From Lewinellaceae bacterium (GTDB lineage Bacteria; Bacteroidota; Bacteroidia; Chitinophagales; Saprospiraceae), in assembly GCA_016719605.1 (NCBI GenBank), contig JADJYW010000029.1, forward strand, positions 260,612 to 324,611: DNA of 64,000 nt, in the 5' to 3' direction. The position numbers and the translations under genes were made by a program. Under the pieces are notes generated by a model that did no database searches, was not told where the DNA came from, and worked only from the letters and a program-made list of their open reading frames with translations. Positions 1 to 10,030 of the stretch are shown here, one piece after another. Positions within the stretch are counted from its first letter, which is position 1. Each line of letters starts with the position of its first letter.

Positions 1-286
1 GTCCGTGCAAGGTCTGCAGGTCTCGCGCTGTTTTTATCAGGGTTTCGGCGGAAATGATTCGAATGGCCGTAGAGTCCTCGCCCGAGCTCAGCAACAATGC
101 ACCGTGTTGGTCAAAAATCAACTCCAACGCATACAAAAAGCGGCGGGGCATGCTATCGGCATCGGCGGTATTCAGCCAAAAATAGTACTGGACGTCCGTC
201 AATACCTCAGCCTCAAAGCCCTGAAAAGCCTGGAGTTCCTCCAGGCTAAAGCAGTCGGGCGGTATGGCATAACTTGTTTTTTGCAT
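1..286 (-). CDS. hypothetical protein, N-terminal part (gene runs off the left edge of the window)
   Basis: Reading the reverse complement from ATG at 286-284 gives 95 uninterrupted protein-like codons (MQKTSYAIPPDCFSLEELQAFQGFEAEVLTDVQYYFWLNTADADSMPRRFLYALELIFDQHG...) down to position 1. It is absent from the ORF track because it has no stop in the window. No family recognised. Confidence 0.4.
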   Translation of the reverse strand, partial: MQKTSYAIPPDCFSLEELQAFQGFEAEVLTDVQYYFWLNTADADSMPRRFLYALELIFDQHGALLLSSGEDSTAIRIISAETLIKTARDLQTLHG

Positions 287-304
287 CGTAATCAAAACAC
301 GCGC

Positions 305-344
305 AACTCAAAACTCAAAACCCAAAACTCAAAACTCAAAACCC
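305..344. repeat. heptamer microsatellite (ACTCAAA/ACCCAAA)n, copy 1 of a dispersed family
   Basis: The sequence aactcaaaactcaaaacccaaaactcaaaactcaaaaccc is read directly. The same heptamer recurs at 20990-21058 and 52223-52253. Confidence 0.85.
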
Positions 345-3300
345 TTACTGTCCTACCCCTTTGATGTACTCCTCAACCAGTTGTTTGTAGTATGGTTTGA
401 GGGCGGGCGAGACGGTGCGGAAGAGGTCTACTTCGGCGCGGCGCTTTTTGAGGTAGTCCTCCAGTGCGGGCGGCAATTTGGTCGGTTGTTGTTTGGCGCT
501 TTGAGCCTGGCGCTGTTCGTCCTGTTCCTGTTCGCGTTCGGCGCGTTCTTCTTCCAGCAGACGGGTCAGAATTTGTTGTTGGCGCTTGAGCATTTCGTTG
601 GTCAGGCGCTTGTTGACGAGGTCCGTTTCCGTCTTGTCCATTTCCTCCATGAGTTCGTCCAGCGCTTTACTTCCCTTTCCTTGTTCCTGTTTCCCTTTTT
701 GCATTTCGCGGAGGGCTTTGCGGAGGGCAGCCTGTTGGGCAGCCATCTGAGCAAATTCCTTGCTCATACCACCTTCGCCCTTGCCCTGGCCTTTCCCCTT
801 TTCCATACGCTCCTTCATCTCCTTCATTTGCTCATTCAAATTGCCTTGGCCTTTGGTGATTTTGTCCATGGGCACCTTGCCTTTCTTTCCTTTTTTTCCT
901 TCTCCCTCGCCGCCGGGTTTGGAGCAGCTGCCGCTGCCGGGTTGGCCGCTGGCCATTTGCTGTTGCATTTGGTCCATCACCTCGGAGAGCATCAGGGCCA
1001 GGTCGTTGAAACCCTTCATGGTGCGTTGCTGGTACTCGCCGGCGGAAGTTACCTGGCGTTCTTCGAGATCATCTATGCTGTACTTGAGTCCCTCATTAAT
1101 GTCGGATACTTTTTCGGTGATAAGACCCTCAATCTGGAAATTACGGCTTGCCAGCGCTTGCAAACTGTCTTCCACAATTTCAAAATCATCTTTGATTTTG
1201 AACTGCTGCTGGGTTAGTTCCACATAGCGCGGGGTGTTGACGGAAGTGGCGGCAAAGTTTTTCAGGTTGGTTTCCTGCGCAAAAGACAGCCCGATAAGGT
1301 TTTCGAGCAGCTGGCGCAGCATAGCAATATCCTCCTCCATTTGCTCCTGTTCACCGGACTGGCGGTTCTGGCGCATCTTGTTGGCGAGGTTTTTCATTTT
1401 GTTGGCGGCCTTTTTCTGCTGTTTGCTGGCGGCTGGTTTTTGGTTTTGCTCCATTTGCTCTTTGGAGTCCTGCATGTCCTTTTTAATGTCCTGCATGTCC
1501 TGCTTGCTATCCTCAATCTTTTCCGGCCGTTTCAGTTCTTCGTTTTTCTGAAGCATCTCCTCGTGCTGCTGCTTCAGGTCTTCCATTTTTTTATTTAGGT
1601 CGTCTTGTTCCTTTTTAAGGTCTTCGTCGGACTTGGAGTTTTTTTCCGTTTCCTCTGCGAGTTTTTCCTGCTCCTTGGCCAGTTCTTCAAGTTGCTCGAT
1701 TTGCTGTTGGAGCATATTCTCCACTTCGAGTTGTTTGAAAAGTTCCTGCAGGCGATCGAGCTGTTTTTCCATGTCCTCGCTCTTCATCTGCATTTGCTCC
1801 ATTTGTTCGAGCATCTCGTCCTTGTTCATCTCCTGGAGCAGTTTTTCGATATCCTCCATGAGTTTTTTCATTTCCTCGGATACTGTTTCCTCGAACATCT
1901 TCTCCAACTCTTCCTGCTTTTCTACCAGTTCCTCATTTTTTTGCTGGTCGAAGTCTTGCTGCATTTTTTGGCTTTCCTCAAAGTTCTCCTTGGCCTGCTG
2001 GATTTGGTTTTGCATCTGCTTTTGACGATCAAGCAGTTTCTCCATTTCCTTGCGCGACTTCCAGTCGAGTTCCTTTTGCTGGAGGACTTTGTTGCGCAAT
2101 TTTTTCATTTCCTCCTGGATTTTGGCGCTCTCCTTGAGGGCTTTTTCCAGCTCACGCTGGATTTCATCGGCTGTCTGAGCCTGTTCCTTGCGGTACTCAT
2201 CAAGGGTAGGCATGCGCCACTGCATGATGTTGGTGCGCGCGCTTTTGCTGCCGTTGACGCCATCGTTGTCGAACGCCTCAAAGTAGTAGGATATCTCGTC
2301 ACCTGGTTCGATATCAAGGTCGCGTATGTTCCAGGTGTGGTCGTACTGGATTTGTTTGCCGGCAGGTTTAGGCACTTTCACGGTAGCAACCGGCAGTTGG
2401 CCGCCCTTGGCTTTTTTGATTTGGTAGTTGAATGTGAGGTTGAGCAAGCCATAGTCGTCGGAGGCATCGCCGGCGAAGAAGAGCCGACGGGTATTGGTGG
2501 TGTCTTTGAATTCTTCGACACTGATCTGGGGGTGCAAGTCGGGGATAACGGTGACGGTGTAGGCCACGGAATCAGCGTTGGGCAATTGGTCGTTGCCGAG
2601 ATAGACATGGTAAATTTCGTCCCGGAGAGCACGGCGGTTGAAGGAAAATAGTTCGTCGCCAAAACGTTTGGAAGCCGTCGCCGGCTCGTTGCCGAAACGC
2701 ATGTCGAGATGATCGGTATGCTGGGCGTTGAACACCCAGTTGATGTTGGCGCCCTGAGGCAACACGAGATCGCCCACATTGGCAAGTTCCTCTTCGGGGC
2801 GGCCGATGTATTCCGGGAATTTTATTTTTACCGAAAACGACAGGATGTTGGGACGACGCACCACGCGCAGGGTGTAGTCGTCACTTTCTACCCCGCCACC
2901 GAAGAGCCGAAACTCCACGTCTTTCTGGACATTGGAAAAAGTGTACGAAAAACGGTTGGCGGCTTCTTTACCCAGGCGGTACTGCACATTGCCGACCTCA
3001 ACAAACAATTCGCTGGGCAATGCCTGGCCTTCCACATCCACGTTGAGCACGAAATCGGAGAACTGCACGGCCTTCAGGTCGTTGGTGTTGACCAGAAAAC
3101 GGAACGGCGCCGGTTTTTCAAATTTTTTGCTGCTGTTCAGCAGGCGCATGGTGCCTTCGCGCAGGATATTGGGCGCCCCCAAAAACAGGAACAGCAGCAG
3201 CAGCACGGGCGGCAAGGCATAGCGCAAGTACTTGCGGTTTTTCTGCAAGTCAATGGCAGCCTTGAACGGCACGATCTTGATTTCTTCGCTTTTTTGGTTG

Positions 3301-3698
3301 ATAGACGCGTGAATAAGGTCGGCGTAAAGGGCATTTGATGCCTGCTGCTTCAGTTGCAGAATGTTGAGCAGTTTGTCTTGCACACCGGAGAAGTGATCGC
3401 CGATAATCTGGGCGGCTTGCTCATGGCTGATAACCTTGCCGAGGTGGAAGTAGTGCATCAGCGGCAACGCCACCCAACGGTAGAGGGAGGCGCCGGACAA
3501 CAGTACAAACCCCCAGAGCATACCCGTGCGCACCCCTGTGCCGAAGTAAAAATAGTACTCCAGTACATTGAGCAGGATGAACAGACCCAGCACGGCGCCC
3601 ACCGTGTAGAGCGCCCCGCGCAGGAGCTGGTTGACGTAAAATTTGCGAATGAAACCATCGAGTTTCTCGATGAGCAGGCTATAGTTGTCGCGTTGCAT
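345..3698 (-). CDS. large membrane-anchored coiled-coil protein, DUF4175-like
   Basis: Long ORF (track 345..3914). It has N-terminal hydrophobic segments (LLRGALYTVGAVLGLFILLNVLEYYFYFG, MLWGFVLLSGASLY), a beta-rich middle, then several hundred residues of E/K/Q-rich coiled-coil-like sequence. This architecture recalls the Bacteroidota DUF4175 family (from memory, not searched). ATG 3698 (MQRDNYSLLIEKLDGF) is preferred as the start because TTG 3914 would overlap the upstream gene by 32 nt. Confidence 0.7.
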   Translation of the reverse strand: MQRDNYSLLIEKLDGFIRKFYVNQLLRGALYTVGAVLGLFILLNVLEYYFYFGTGVRTGMLWGFVLLSGASLYRWVALPLMHYFHLGKVISHEQAAQIIGDHFSGVQDKLLNILQLKQQASNALYADLIHASINQKSEEIKIVPFKAAIDLQKNRKYLRYALPPVLLLLFLFLGAPNILREGTMRLLNSSKKFEKPAPFRFLVNTNDLKAVQFSDFVLNVDVEGQALPSELFVEVGNVQYRLGKEAANRFSYTFSNVQKDVEFRLFGGGVESDDYTLRVVRRPNILSFSVKIKFPEYIGRPEEELANVGDLVLPQGANINWVFNAQHTDHLDMRFGNEPATASKRFGDELFSFNRRALRDEIYHVYLGNDQLPNADSVAYTVTVIPDLHPQISVEEFKDTTNTRRLFFAGDASDDYGLLNLTFNYQIKKAKGGQLPVATVKVPKPAGKQIQYDHTWNIRDLDIEPGDEISYYFEAFDNDGVNGSKSARTNIMQWRMPTLDEYRKEQAQTADEIQRELEKALKESAKIQEEMKKLRNKVLQQKELDWKSRKEMEKLLDRQKQMQNQIQQAKENFEESQKMQQDFDQQKNEELVEKQEELEKMFEETVSEEMKKLMEDIEKLLQEMNKDEMLEQMEQMQMKSEDMEKQLDRLQELFKQLEVENMLQQQIEQLEELAKEQEKLAEETEKNSKSDEDLKKEQDDLNKKMEDLKQQHEEMLQKNEELKRPEKIEDSKQDMQDIKKDMQDSKEQMEQNQKPAASKQQKKAANKMKNLANKMRQNRQSGEQEQMEEDIAMLRQLLENLIGLSFAQETNLKNFAATSVNTPRYVELTQQQFKIKDDFEIVEDSLQALASRNFQIEGLITEKVSDINEGLKYSIDDLEERQVTSAGEYQQRTMKGFNDLALMLSEVMDQMQQQMASGQPGSGSCSKPGGEGEGKKGKKGKVPMDKITKGQGNLNEQMKEMKERMEKGKGQGKGEGGMSKEFAQMAAQQAALRKALREMQKGKQEQGKGSKALDELMEEMDKTETDLVNKRLTNEMLKRQQQILTRLLEEERAEREQEQDEQRQAQSAKQQPTKLPPALEDYLKKRRAEVDLFRTVSPALKPYYKQLVEEYIKGVGQ

Positions 3699-3882
3699 AA
3701 GACGTACGAGTGATGAGCGATGAATGACAAATCTTTCCCCGCGCAGGTTGCGGGAAATGGTTGTTCCGGCAATTTCTTGTCGGAACAGGCCGACAAAAGT
3801 GCGGACAAAATTACGCTTACAACGGATGAATTGCGGAAAGGGTTGGCAAATCGCGTTTTTTAATACGCCTGCGCTGAACCAA

Positions 3883-5202
3883 TCAATCCTTGTCGCCTTT
3901 GTACTTCTCCTCAAACCGCCGTTGCAGCACCTTTTGTTTATTGTCCAAATTGACCTCGCGGCCCTGGATAAAAGCCGCAGTCACGCGGTTGGTGCGCATA
4001 TCAAGGGCGTCGCCCTCGCTGACAAACAGGGTAGCATCCTTGCCCGTTTCGAGCGAGCCGGTGGTGTTGCCGATGCCCATGATGGCGGCTGGGCTAAGCG
4101 TGAGTGCCTGCACGGCAGCCTCGTAGGGTAGTCCGAAACCGATGGCCTGCCCGGCCTGAAAGGGCAGATTCCGCTGCTGCCATGCGCCCTCGCCCGCGAT
4201 GACAAACGGGATGCCGGCGGCGTGCAGGGCGGCAGGAGTTTTGAAAGGCTGGTCCACATCTTCGTCGTCGCGGGCGGGCAAGCGTTGGGTCTGATCGAGC
4301 ACGACCGGTACGCGGTGTTCGCGCAGGAAGTCGGTGATCAGCCACGCGTCGGTAGCCCCGACGAGCACGGCACGCGCACCGAATTGCTCGGCAAACAGAA
4401 CGGCTTCTTGCATGGTACGGGCATTGCCGGTGTGGATATACAGATTTTGTTTGCCGTCAAAAATGCCGCGCATGGCTTCGAAGCGGGGGTTTTTCGGCTC
4501 GGGTGTGGTGTTTTGGCAGTAGGCTGCTGCTTCGGCGAAAAAGCGGCGAACGTCCACCACATTTTTATCGTACGCGTTTTCCGGCTCCTCGCCGGGGGTG
4601 CGCCCGGGCGGGCCAAAACGGCGACGAGGTTGCGGCGATGGCCAGTTGAGGTGTATGCCGTCGTCGGTGCGCAAGGTGGCATCCTCCCAGTTCCAGGCAT
4701 CGAGTTGCACCACGGAGGACGTACCGGAAACCGTACCGCCGGTGGGCACGACCTGCGCCAGCAGCACACCGTTGGAGCGCACCGTGGGCTGGATATCAGA
4801 GTCGGTGTTGTAGGCAACGATGGCCCGGGCATTGGGGTTGTAGGAGCCAATTTCGGCGAAATCCTGTGTTGCACGCACCGCCTCCACCTCCACAAGGCCG
4901 AGGTGGGAATTGGTGGCGATGAACCCGGGATAGACGTGTTTCCCCGTGACATCGAATATCTTCGAAAATTTGGCGCGGTCCAGCCGAACAGTCGCTGCGT
5001 CGGCCACAAGCGTCAGTTTTCCTGCATCGAAAGCGATGGCGCTATTGGGCAACACCTGGCCGTTGCCGAGGTGGGCCGTGGCGCCGAGGAGCAGCACGGC
5101 TCCGCTTTGCGGAGGCGCCGGAACAGGCGACTGGGCGGGCAAGGCAGCAGCAAACAGGAGGGCGGCGAGCGTGATTCGTATTGTATTCATGGCCTTGTAC
5201 AA
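3883..5202 (-). CDS. amidohydrolase-superfamily protein (secreted/periplasmic)
   Basis: 439-aa ORF with a signal-peptide-like N-terminus (TLAALLFAAALPAQSP). Motifs PGFIATNSHLGL and C-terminal TGSLETGKDATLFVSEGDALD resemble imidazolonepropionase-like amidohydrolases. Confidence 0.7.
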   Translation of the reverse strand: MYKAMNTIRITLAALLFAAALPAQSPVPAPPQSGAVLLLGATAHLGNGQVLPNSAIAFDAGKLTLVADAATVRLDRAKFSKIFDVTGKHVYPGFIATNSHLGLVEVEAVRATQDFAEIGSYNPNARAIVAYNTDSDIQPTVRSNGVLLAQVVPTGGTVSGTSSVVQLDAWNWEDATLRTDDGIHLNWPSPQPRRRFGPPGRTPGEEPENAYDKNVVDVRRFFAEAAAYCQNTTPEPKNPRFEAMRGIFDGKQNLYIHTGNARTMQEAVLFAEQFGARAVLVGATDAWLITDFLREHRVPVVLDQTQRLPARDDEDVDQPFKTPAALHAAGIPFVIAGEGAWQQRNLPFQAGQAIGFGLPYEAAVQALTLSPAAIMGIGNTTGSLETGKDATLFVSEGDALDMRTNRVTAAFIQGREVNLDNKQKVLQRRFEEKYKGDKD

Positions 5203-5497
5203 AAATAATTTTTACAGGTTAAGGATCGTCTCGTTCCAATTTTGCGGCCCGTTGTTTGGCCCGGCGTTGGTATCACAAAGGTAAACTCAATAAGCCTCCG
5301 CACGGCTCTTATACCCAAGTATTACTCGGTTTAGTTTTTTGAGCTGCCTTCCCGATACCTGACCGGCGCACTGTTCGGTACGAAACCTGCGCAACCAGTA
5401 TGCGGCCGATCGGTTGTAGTGCTACAAAACAAGCAGGCAACGGGTACGAACAACCTCGCTCCGACGTTTCCTCTCAAATTTTAACATTTCCTGCTCT

Positions 5498-8400
5498 ATG
5501 CTACGCCCGCTATTACCCCTCCTGATTACCGCCGCCGCACTCCCGCTAACCGCGCAACAGCAGCAACCCGAAAAACTAAAAGGCCTGCTCTGGGAAGTCT
5601 CCGGAAACGGCATTGCCAAAAACGGGTACCTGTACGGCACCATGCATGTACCCGAAAAAATGGCTTTCAACCTGAGCGACTCCTTTTTCGTGGCACTCCA
5701 TGCGGTGGATGTGGTGGCACTCGAAACCGACCACGACCGCTGGCAGGCATTTAGTGAAATACTCGACGGACAGGCCAATGAAATTTTTGGCGGCGGCTAT
5801 GGCGGCTACCATTCGGGGCAGCCCAACCTCTACCACACACAATTCGACTTTTCCCCGCCGGACAACCAACTGCTCGGCGCCGTGCTCTCGGCAAAACCCC
5901 GCATGACCAACGAGTTCCTGTACCGCACCAACCAGTACCGCCAGGACCACGAGGAAGATACCTATCTGGACCTGTTCATTTTTCAGGCAGGACGCAAACT
6001 TGGCAAAACCGTCATCGGCCTCGAAACCCTGGAGGGCAGTTTTGAAGCCCTGATTCGATCTCAATTGCCGGAAGACGAGGATGAAGCGGAGGAAAACCCG
6101 TACCTGGCCGCTTTTTCCCAAACGACCATCGAAGATGCCTATCGCGACCAGGACCTTTCCCTGCTCGATTCGCTCAACATGGCAGCCCAGCCGGGCAAAA
6201 ATTTTCGCCGCTGGATGCTCGATGAACGCAACTTCATCATGGCCAATGGCATTGACTCCATCCTGCAAAGCGGATCGGCCGTGTTTGCAGCAGTAGGCGC
6301 CGCGCACCTGCCCGGCGAAACCGGCCTTATCCCGCTCTTGCGCGAAAAAGGCTACGCCTTGCGGCCGGTTCAGTTTAGCGCCAACACCAGCAAACAAACT
6401 AAAGAGGCCATCGAAAACATGCGCTACCCGGTACTGCTTTCGCGCCAATGGGCCACCGACTCTGTCTGGTCGGCAGTGGCGCCGGGAATGTTTTTTGAAA
6501 CCATGAACGGCTCGGGCGTGGCACAACACCTGTGCACCGACATGAACAACGGCGCCTACTATACCGTCTCGCGCCTGCGCACAAACGGCCTCTGGAACGG
6601 GCAATCACCGGCCTACATCGCCCAACGAATTGACAGCCTCATCTATGAAAAAATACCGGGAAAAATTCAGGAGCGCCGGCAGTTGACCGCGCCGTTTCCG
6701 GGCCATGAGATCACCACGCGTACACGCCGGGGCGATATCATGCGCTTCAAAATACTCGTCCTGCCCATGGAGATTCTGGTGTTTTCCATCGGCGGCAACG
6801 GCGACTACGCGGCGGGCGATGAGGCCGACCGATTCCTGCGCAGCATCCAGCTCCGCCAAACCGATTTTGCCGGCAAGCCCACTGCCGTACAACCCGAACA
6901 GGGTGGTTTTCGGGTCGTTTTCCCCGCCGAGCCGGTGTTTAATACCACGTCGGACAACAAGTCCGACCGGCAGATGGTAGCCGCTCTGGACCCCGCCGAC
7001 AGTGCTTTTTACCTCGTTTACCGGGCGGTTTATCACGACTGGAGCTACATTGAAGAGGATACCTTCGAGTTGAACATCATTGGCGAAAAAATCGCCGGGA
7101 TGTTTACCAAAGCAACCCCGACAAGCAACCTCCTGTCCCCCGCACCCTACCCGACTCAGGACATCGTGTTCCAGTCCGACCGCGACAGCGCGTGGTATTT
7201 TTTGCGCCTGGTGATCAACGGGCCGCACTATTACCTGCTTGGTTGCCGGAAAAAAACACCCGGGGCGCCCACAGCATTTTTTGAATCCTTTGCGCTGGAG
7301 CCGTACCGTTATCCGCAGGGTTGGGAATTACTGCGCGATTCGACGCTGTTATTCGAGGCAATGGCTCCGCCAATACCCGAACCGCCCGGCAAGGCATTTA
7401 TCGAAAAACTGAAAACCATTGTGCAGGAAGGCATGAAAAAACAGCGCCAGGAGGAGTACGACCAGTATGAGCAAACAGCGGACACGCGTACGGTACGGGT
7501 GTCGCTGCAAGGCGACAATATCTTTGTGCATGCACTGAAATTACCCGTCGGCGGCTTTGCCCCCACACTTGATTCCTTTCAGGCGTTTGTTCAAAAACGC
7601 CTGACCAATGCCGGCAAACTGACCGTTCGGGAGCAACACTGGGGTATGCCCGGCGAGCGCCTGTTGGTCGGCGACCTCTTGTTGGAGGACACCAACAGCA
7701 CCCGGGGTATCCGCAACCGGGTGTTCCTGACGCCCGGCCGGATGTACACCATATCGGCCACCGTGCATCTGGATGCTCAGCCGGACGCGTTTGTCAACAA
7801 ATTTTTTGACACGTTCGTCCCGACCGACACGACGGCCGGCATTCTGCCTTTTGGGCGCCCCAACCTGGATTTTTTGCAAAACCTGTACGCCGAGGACAGT
7901 CTCGTGCAGGAAAAAGCGTGCGGTCAATTGCTGGCGGGCTGGAGTCATGCTCTGGAACCTACGGATTTTGCCGCCATCCAGGAATCTATTGTGCACCCGA
8001 AGTTTGGTCAGATGCGCTACAAGTACCGGCAGGCGTTGCTTGCGGCGCTGGGCGAATTCCAGACTCCGGAGGCTTTGCGTTTTGCGCTGCATCTGTGGCT
8101 GCAGCATCCGGATTCCGCACGCTACCGCCAGGAACTGCTGGTTTCTATAACCAATATGGAAACCCGTCCGGCGTACGAAACCCTGATCTGGATGTTGAAG
8201 CAGCGGTCGGTCTTTGCCTCTGAAAATTCGATTACAGAAATTTTTAGTGTCCTGAACGATAGCCTCGAACTATCCGTGCAGTTTTTGCCGGATTTGCTGG
8301 CACTGGCCGAGGTACACACGCTCTTTCAGGATTACACCTATCGGTTGGCGGCGACTGCATTGGAGCGCGGCTTGCTGAAAGCCCGGGTGTATGTCCGGTT

Positions 8401-9172
8401 AAAGCCGAAGCTGGTGGCGGAGTCGTACCGCCAGATCGGCAACAAACAGCTGAGCAAGGAATCCCGGCAAGATGCATCCGACACGCACGCGATGTTCGGG
8501 TATGAGGACGATACAGACCTGGAGCGGAACCTGAAGTTGCTGGCTCCATTCCTGCCCAAAGACAAATCGGTGCGGGCGCTCTTCGAGCAGGCTGCCCGTT
8601 GCCCCGACCAGCAGGTGCAGGTTTTGTCCCGCTGTCTGATGCTTCAGCAAGGGATGCCTGTGGAACGGGAAACGCTGCGGGAATATGCTGCGGATGATAA
8701 AACCCGATTTATGCTGTACGCCAATTTAGCACAAACCGACCAGCTGGCGCTATATGCTTCCTGGTTTACCGACACCCTCGCGCTGGTTCGCTCCATTTTG
8801 CATCAGGAATTCGTAAACAGCGAAAACGGATTGGACTCTGTGCATTTCCTCCGCCAGTACCGCACGCCGGGGGGCAGCCACCCGGCAGTTACCTACTTTT
8901 TTGATGTAAAAAAGAAAAAGGACAAGGACTGCCGCCTGGCTTATGTCACGGTTCCTTTGGCATCGGCTACGTTTGCCGCGCCCTCAAGACTGGAAAAACA
9001 GGGCGACTACGGGCAACAAAACCCGGAGGTGCGTATCCTGTCGGAACTCTCGTCGGAAAAGGAAAAAGCCGAGTACATCGAGAAATATATCGGTGCCGTA
9101 CGTTTTGAAGGGCGGGAGCGCTACGAGACCTGGGCGGGCGACCAGGATGATTCGTATTTTATGGAGGAGTAG
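5498..9172 (+). CDS. TraB/GumN-family domain protein with a C-terminal extension of about 900 aa
   Basis: The N-terminal ~300 aa carry TraB/GumN hallmarks (GLLWEVSGNGIAKNGYLYGTMHV ... AVGAAHLPGETGLIPLLREKGYALRPV) after a signal peptide. The remaining ~900 aa match no family I recognise. Confidence 0.75.
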   Translation: MLRPLLPLLITAAALPLTAQQQQPEKLKGLLWEVSGNGIAKNGYLYGTMHVPEKMAFNLSDSFFVALHAVDVVALETDHDRWQAFSEILDGQANEIFGGGYGGYHSGQPNLYHTQFDFSPPDNQLLGAVLSAKPRMTNEFLYRTNQYRQDHEEDTYLDLFIFQAGRKLGKTVIGLETLEGSFEALIRSQLPEDEDEAEENPYLAAFSQTTIEDAYRDQDLSLLDSLNMAAQPGKNFRRWMLDERNFIMANGIDSILQSGSAVFAAVGAAHLPGETGLIPLLREKGYALRPVQFSANTSKQTKEAIENMRYPVLLSRQWATDSVWSAVAPGMFFETMNGSGVAQHLCTDMNNGAYYTVSRLRTNGLWNGQSPAYIAQRIDSLIYEKIPGKIQERRQLTAPFPGHEITTRTRRGDIMRFKILVLPMEILVFSIGGNGDYAAGDEADRFLRSIQLRQTDFAGKPTAVQPEQGGFRVVFPAEPVFNTTSDNKSDRQMVAALDPADSAFYLVYRAVYHDWSYIEEDTFELNIIGEKIAGMFTKATPTSNLLSPAPYPTQDIVFQSDRDSAWYFLRLVINGPHYYLLGCRKKTPGAPTAFFESFALEPYRYPQGWELLRDSTLLFEAMAPPIPEPPGKAFIEKLKTIVQEGMKKQRQEEYDQYEQTADTRTVRVSLQGDNIFVHALKLPVGGFAPTLDSFQAFVQKRLTNAGKLTVREQHWGMPGERLLVGDLLLEDTNSTRGIRNRVFLTPGRMYTISATVHLDAQPDAFVNKFFDTFVPTDTTAGILPFGRPNLDFLQNLYAEDSLVQEKACGQLLAGWSHALEPTDFAAIQESIVHPKFGQMRYKYRQALLAALGEFQTPEALRFALHLWLQHPDSARYRQELLVSITNMETRPAYETLIWMLKQRSVFASENSITEIFSVLNDSLELSVQFLPDLLALAEVHTLFQDYTYRLAATALERGLLKARVYVRLKPKLVAESYRQIGNKQLSKESRQDASDTHAMFGYEDDTDLERNLKLLAPFLPKDKSVRALFEQAARCPDQQVQVLSRCLMLQQGMPVERETLREYAADDKTRFMLYANLAQTDQLALYASWFTDTLALVRSILHQEFVNSENGLDSVHFLRQYRTPGGSHPAVTYFFDVKKKKDKDCRLAYVTVPLASATFAAPSRLEKQGDYGQQNPEVRILSELSSEKEKAEYIEKYIGAVRFEGRERYETWAGDQDDSYFMEE

Positions 9173-9264
9173 GTTTTTAACCTGTTCGACTATTTTTTTG
9201 GGGTGCCAATTTGTAAAAATTAAATTTTATCAACTCCGACACCGGCGTGTCCGTCGGAAACTTT

Positions 9265-9312
9265 GCGTCGGCGTGCGACATTTGGTTGCGCGCCGACGTC
9301 TTTTTATTTTGT
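9265..9312 (+). terminator. rho-independent terminator candidate after the TraB/GumN gene
   Basis: Stem gcgtcggcg (9265-9273) pairs with cgccgacg (9291-9298) and is followed by tctttttatttt. Confidence 0.5.
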
Positions 9313-9423
9313 TCAAAGCCAAAAGAACCCCGCTCGTTGAAACTTTGTTTGTGTTCGTCGAGAAAACGAATAAACACAGGAAACGTTTATTGCAAAAAAT
9401 GTTTCCAATGTTACCTTTGCGCC

Positions 9424-10029
9424 ATGTTTACAGAACAACAGGAAAAGTGGCTGAAACGCGCGGAAGAACTGTTCATGCGGTATGGAATCAAAAGTATCAC
9501 CATGGACGACGTGGCCCGCGAAATTGGTATTTCCAAAAAGACGCTGTACCTGTTCGTGGACAACAAGGACGATTTGGTGAACAAGGTGTTGGAGCGGCAC
9601 ATCGGTATGGAAAAGGCCGTATGCGGTCAGATGTTTGCCGAGGCGGCCAACGCTATCGAGGAGATGTTTTTCGTGATGGAAGCCAACTCGCAGCAGATGC
9701 AGCAAATGAAAGCCAACATCGTCCATGATTTGCAGAAATACCACCGGGATGCCTGGGAGAAAATACGGGATTTTCAGCGTGGATTTCTGTACAGCGTGGT
9801 GCATGCCAACCTCGAACGCGGCGTACGCGAAGGTTTGTACCGCAGCAATTTTGACGTAGACATTGTTGCCAAATTGCACATTGCCACTACTTTTCAATTG
9901 TTCGATGAAGACCTTTTTCCCCAACTAACTTATGCCAAGGAAACTGTTTTCCGCGAGCACTTGCTGCACTACCTGTACGGCATCGTCTCCGAAAAAGGTA
10001 TTCAATTATTGAAAGCAAAACTATCCTGA
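9424..10029 (+). CDS. TetR/AcrR-family transcriptional regulator
   Basis: N-terminal HTH (LFMRYGIKSITMDDVAREIGISKKTLYLFV) typical of TetR. It lies immediately upstream of TolC-MFP-RND genes. ATG 9424 was chosen inside track ORF 9247..10029. Confidence 0.85.
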   Translation: MFTEQQEKWLKRAEELFMRYGIKSITMDDVAREIGISKKTLYLFVDNKDDLVNKVLERHIGMEKAVCGQMFAEAANAIEEMFFVMEANSQQMQQMKANIVHDLQKYHRDAWEKIRDFQRGFLYSVVHANLERGVREGLYRSNFDVDIVAKLHIATTFQLFDEDLFPQLTYAKETVFREHLLHYLYGIVSEKGIQLLKAKLS

Positions 10030-10030
10030 T

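Noticed and set aside
5-364. Track ORF 5..364 (+), 119 aa
   Set aside because: It runs antisense to a more protein-like open frame (1-286, minus strand). Its C-terminal third merely translates the heptamer microsatellite ([13 protein letters not shown]), so it is treated as a shadow ORF.
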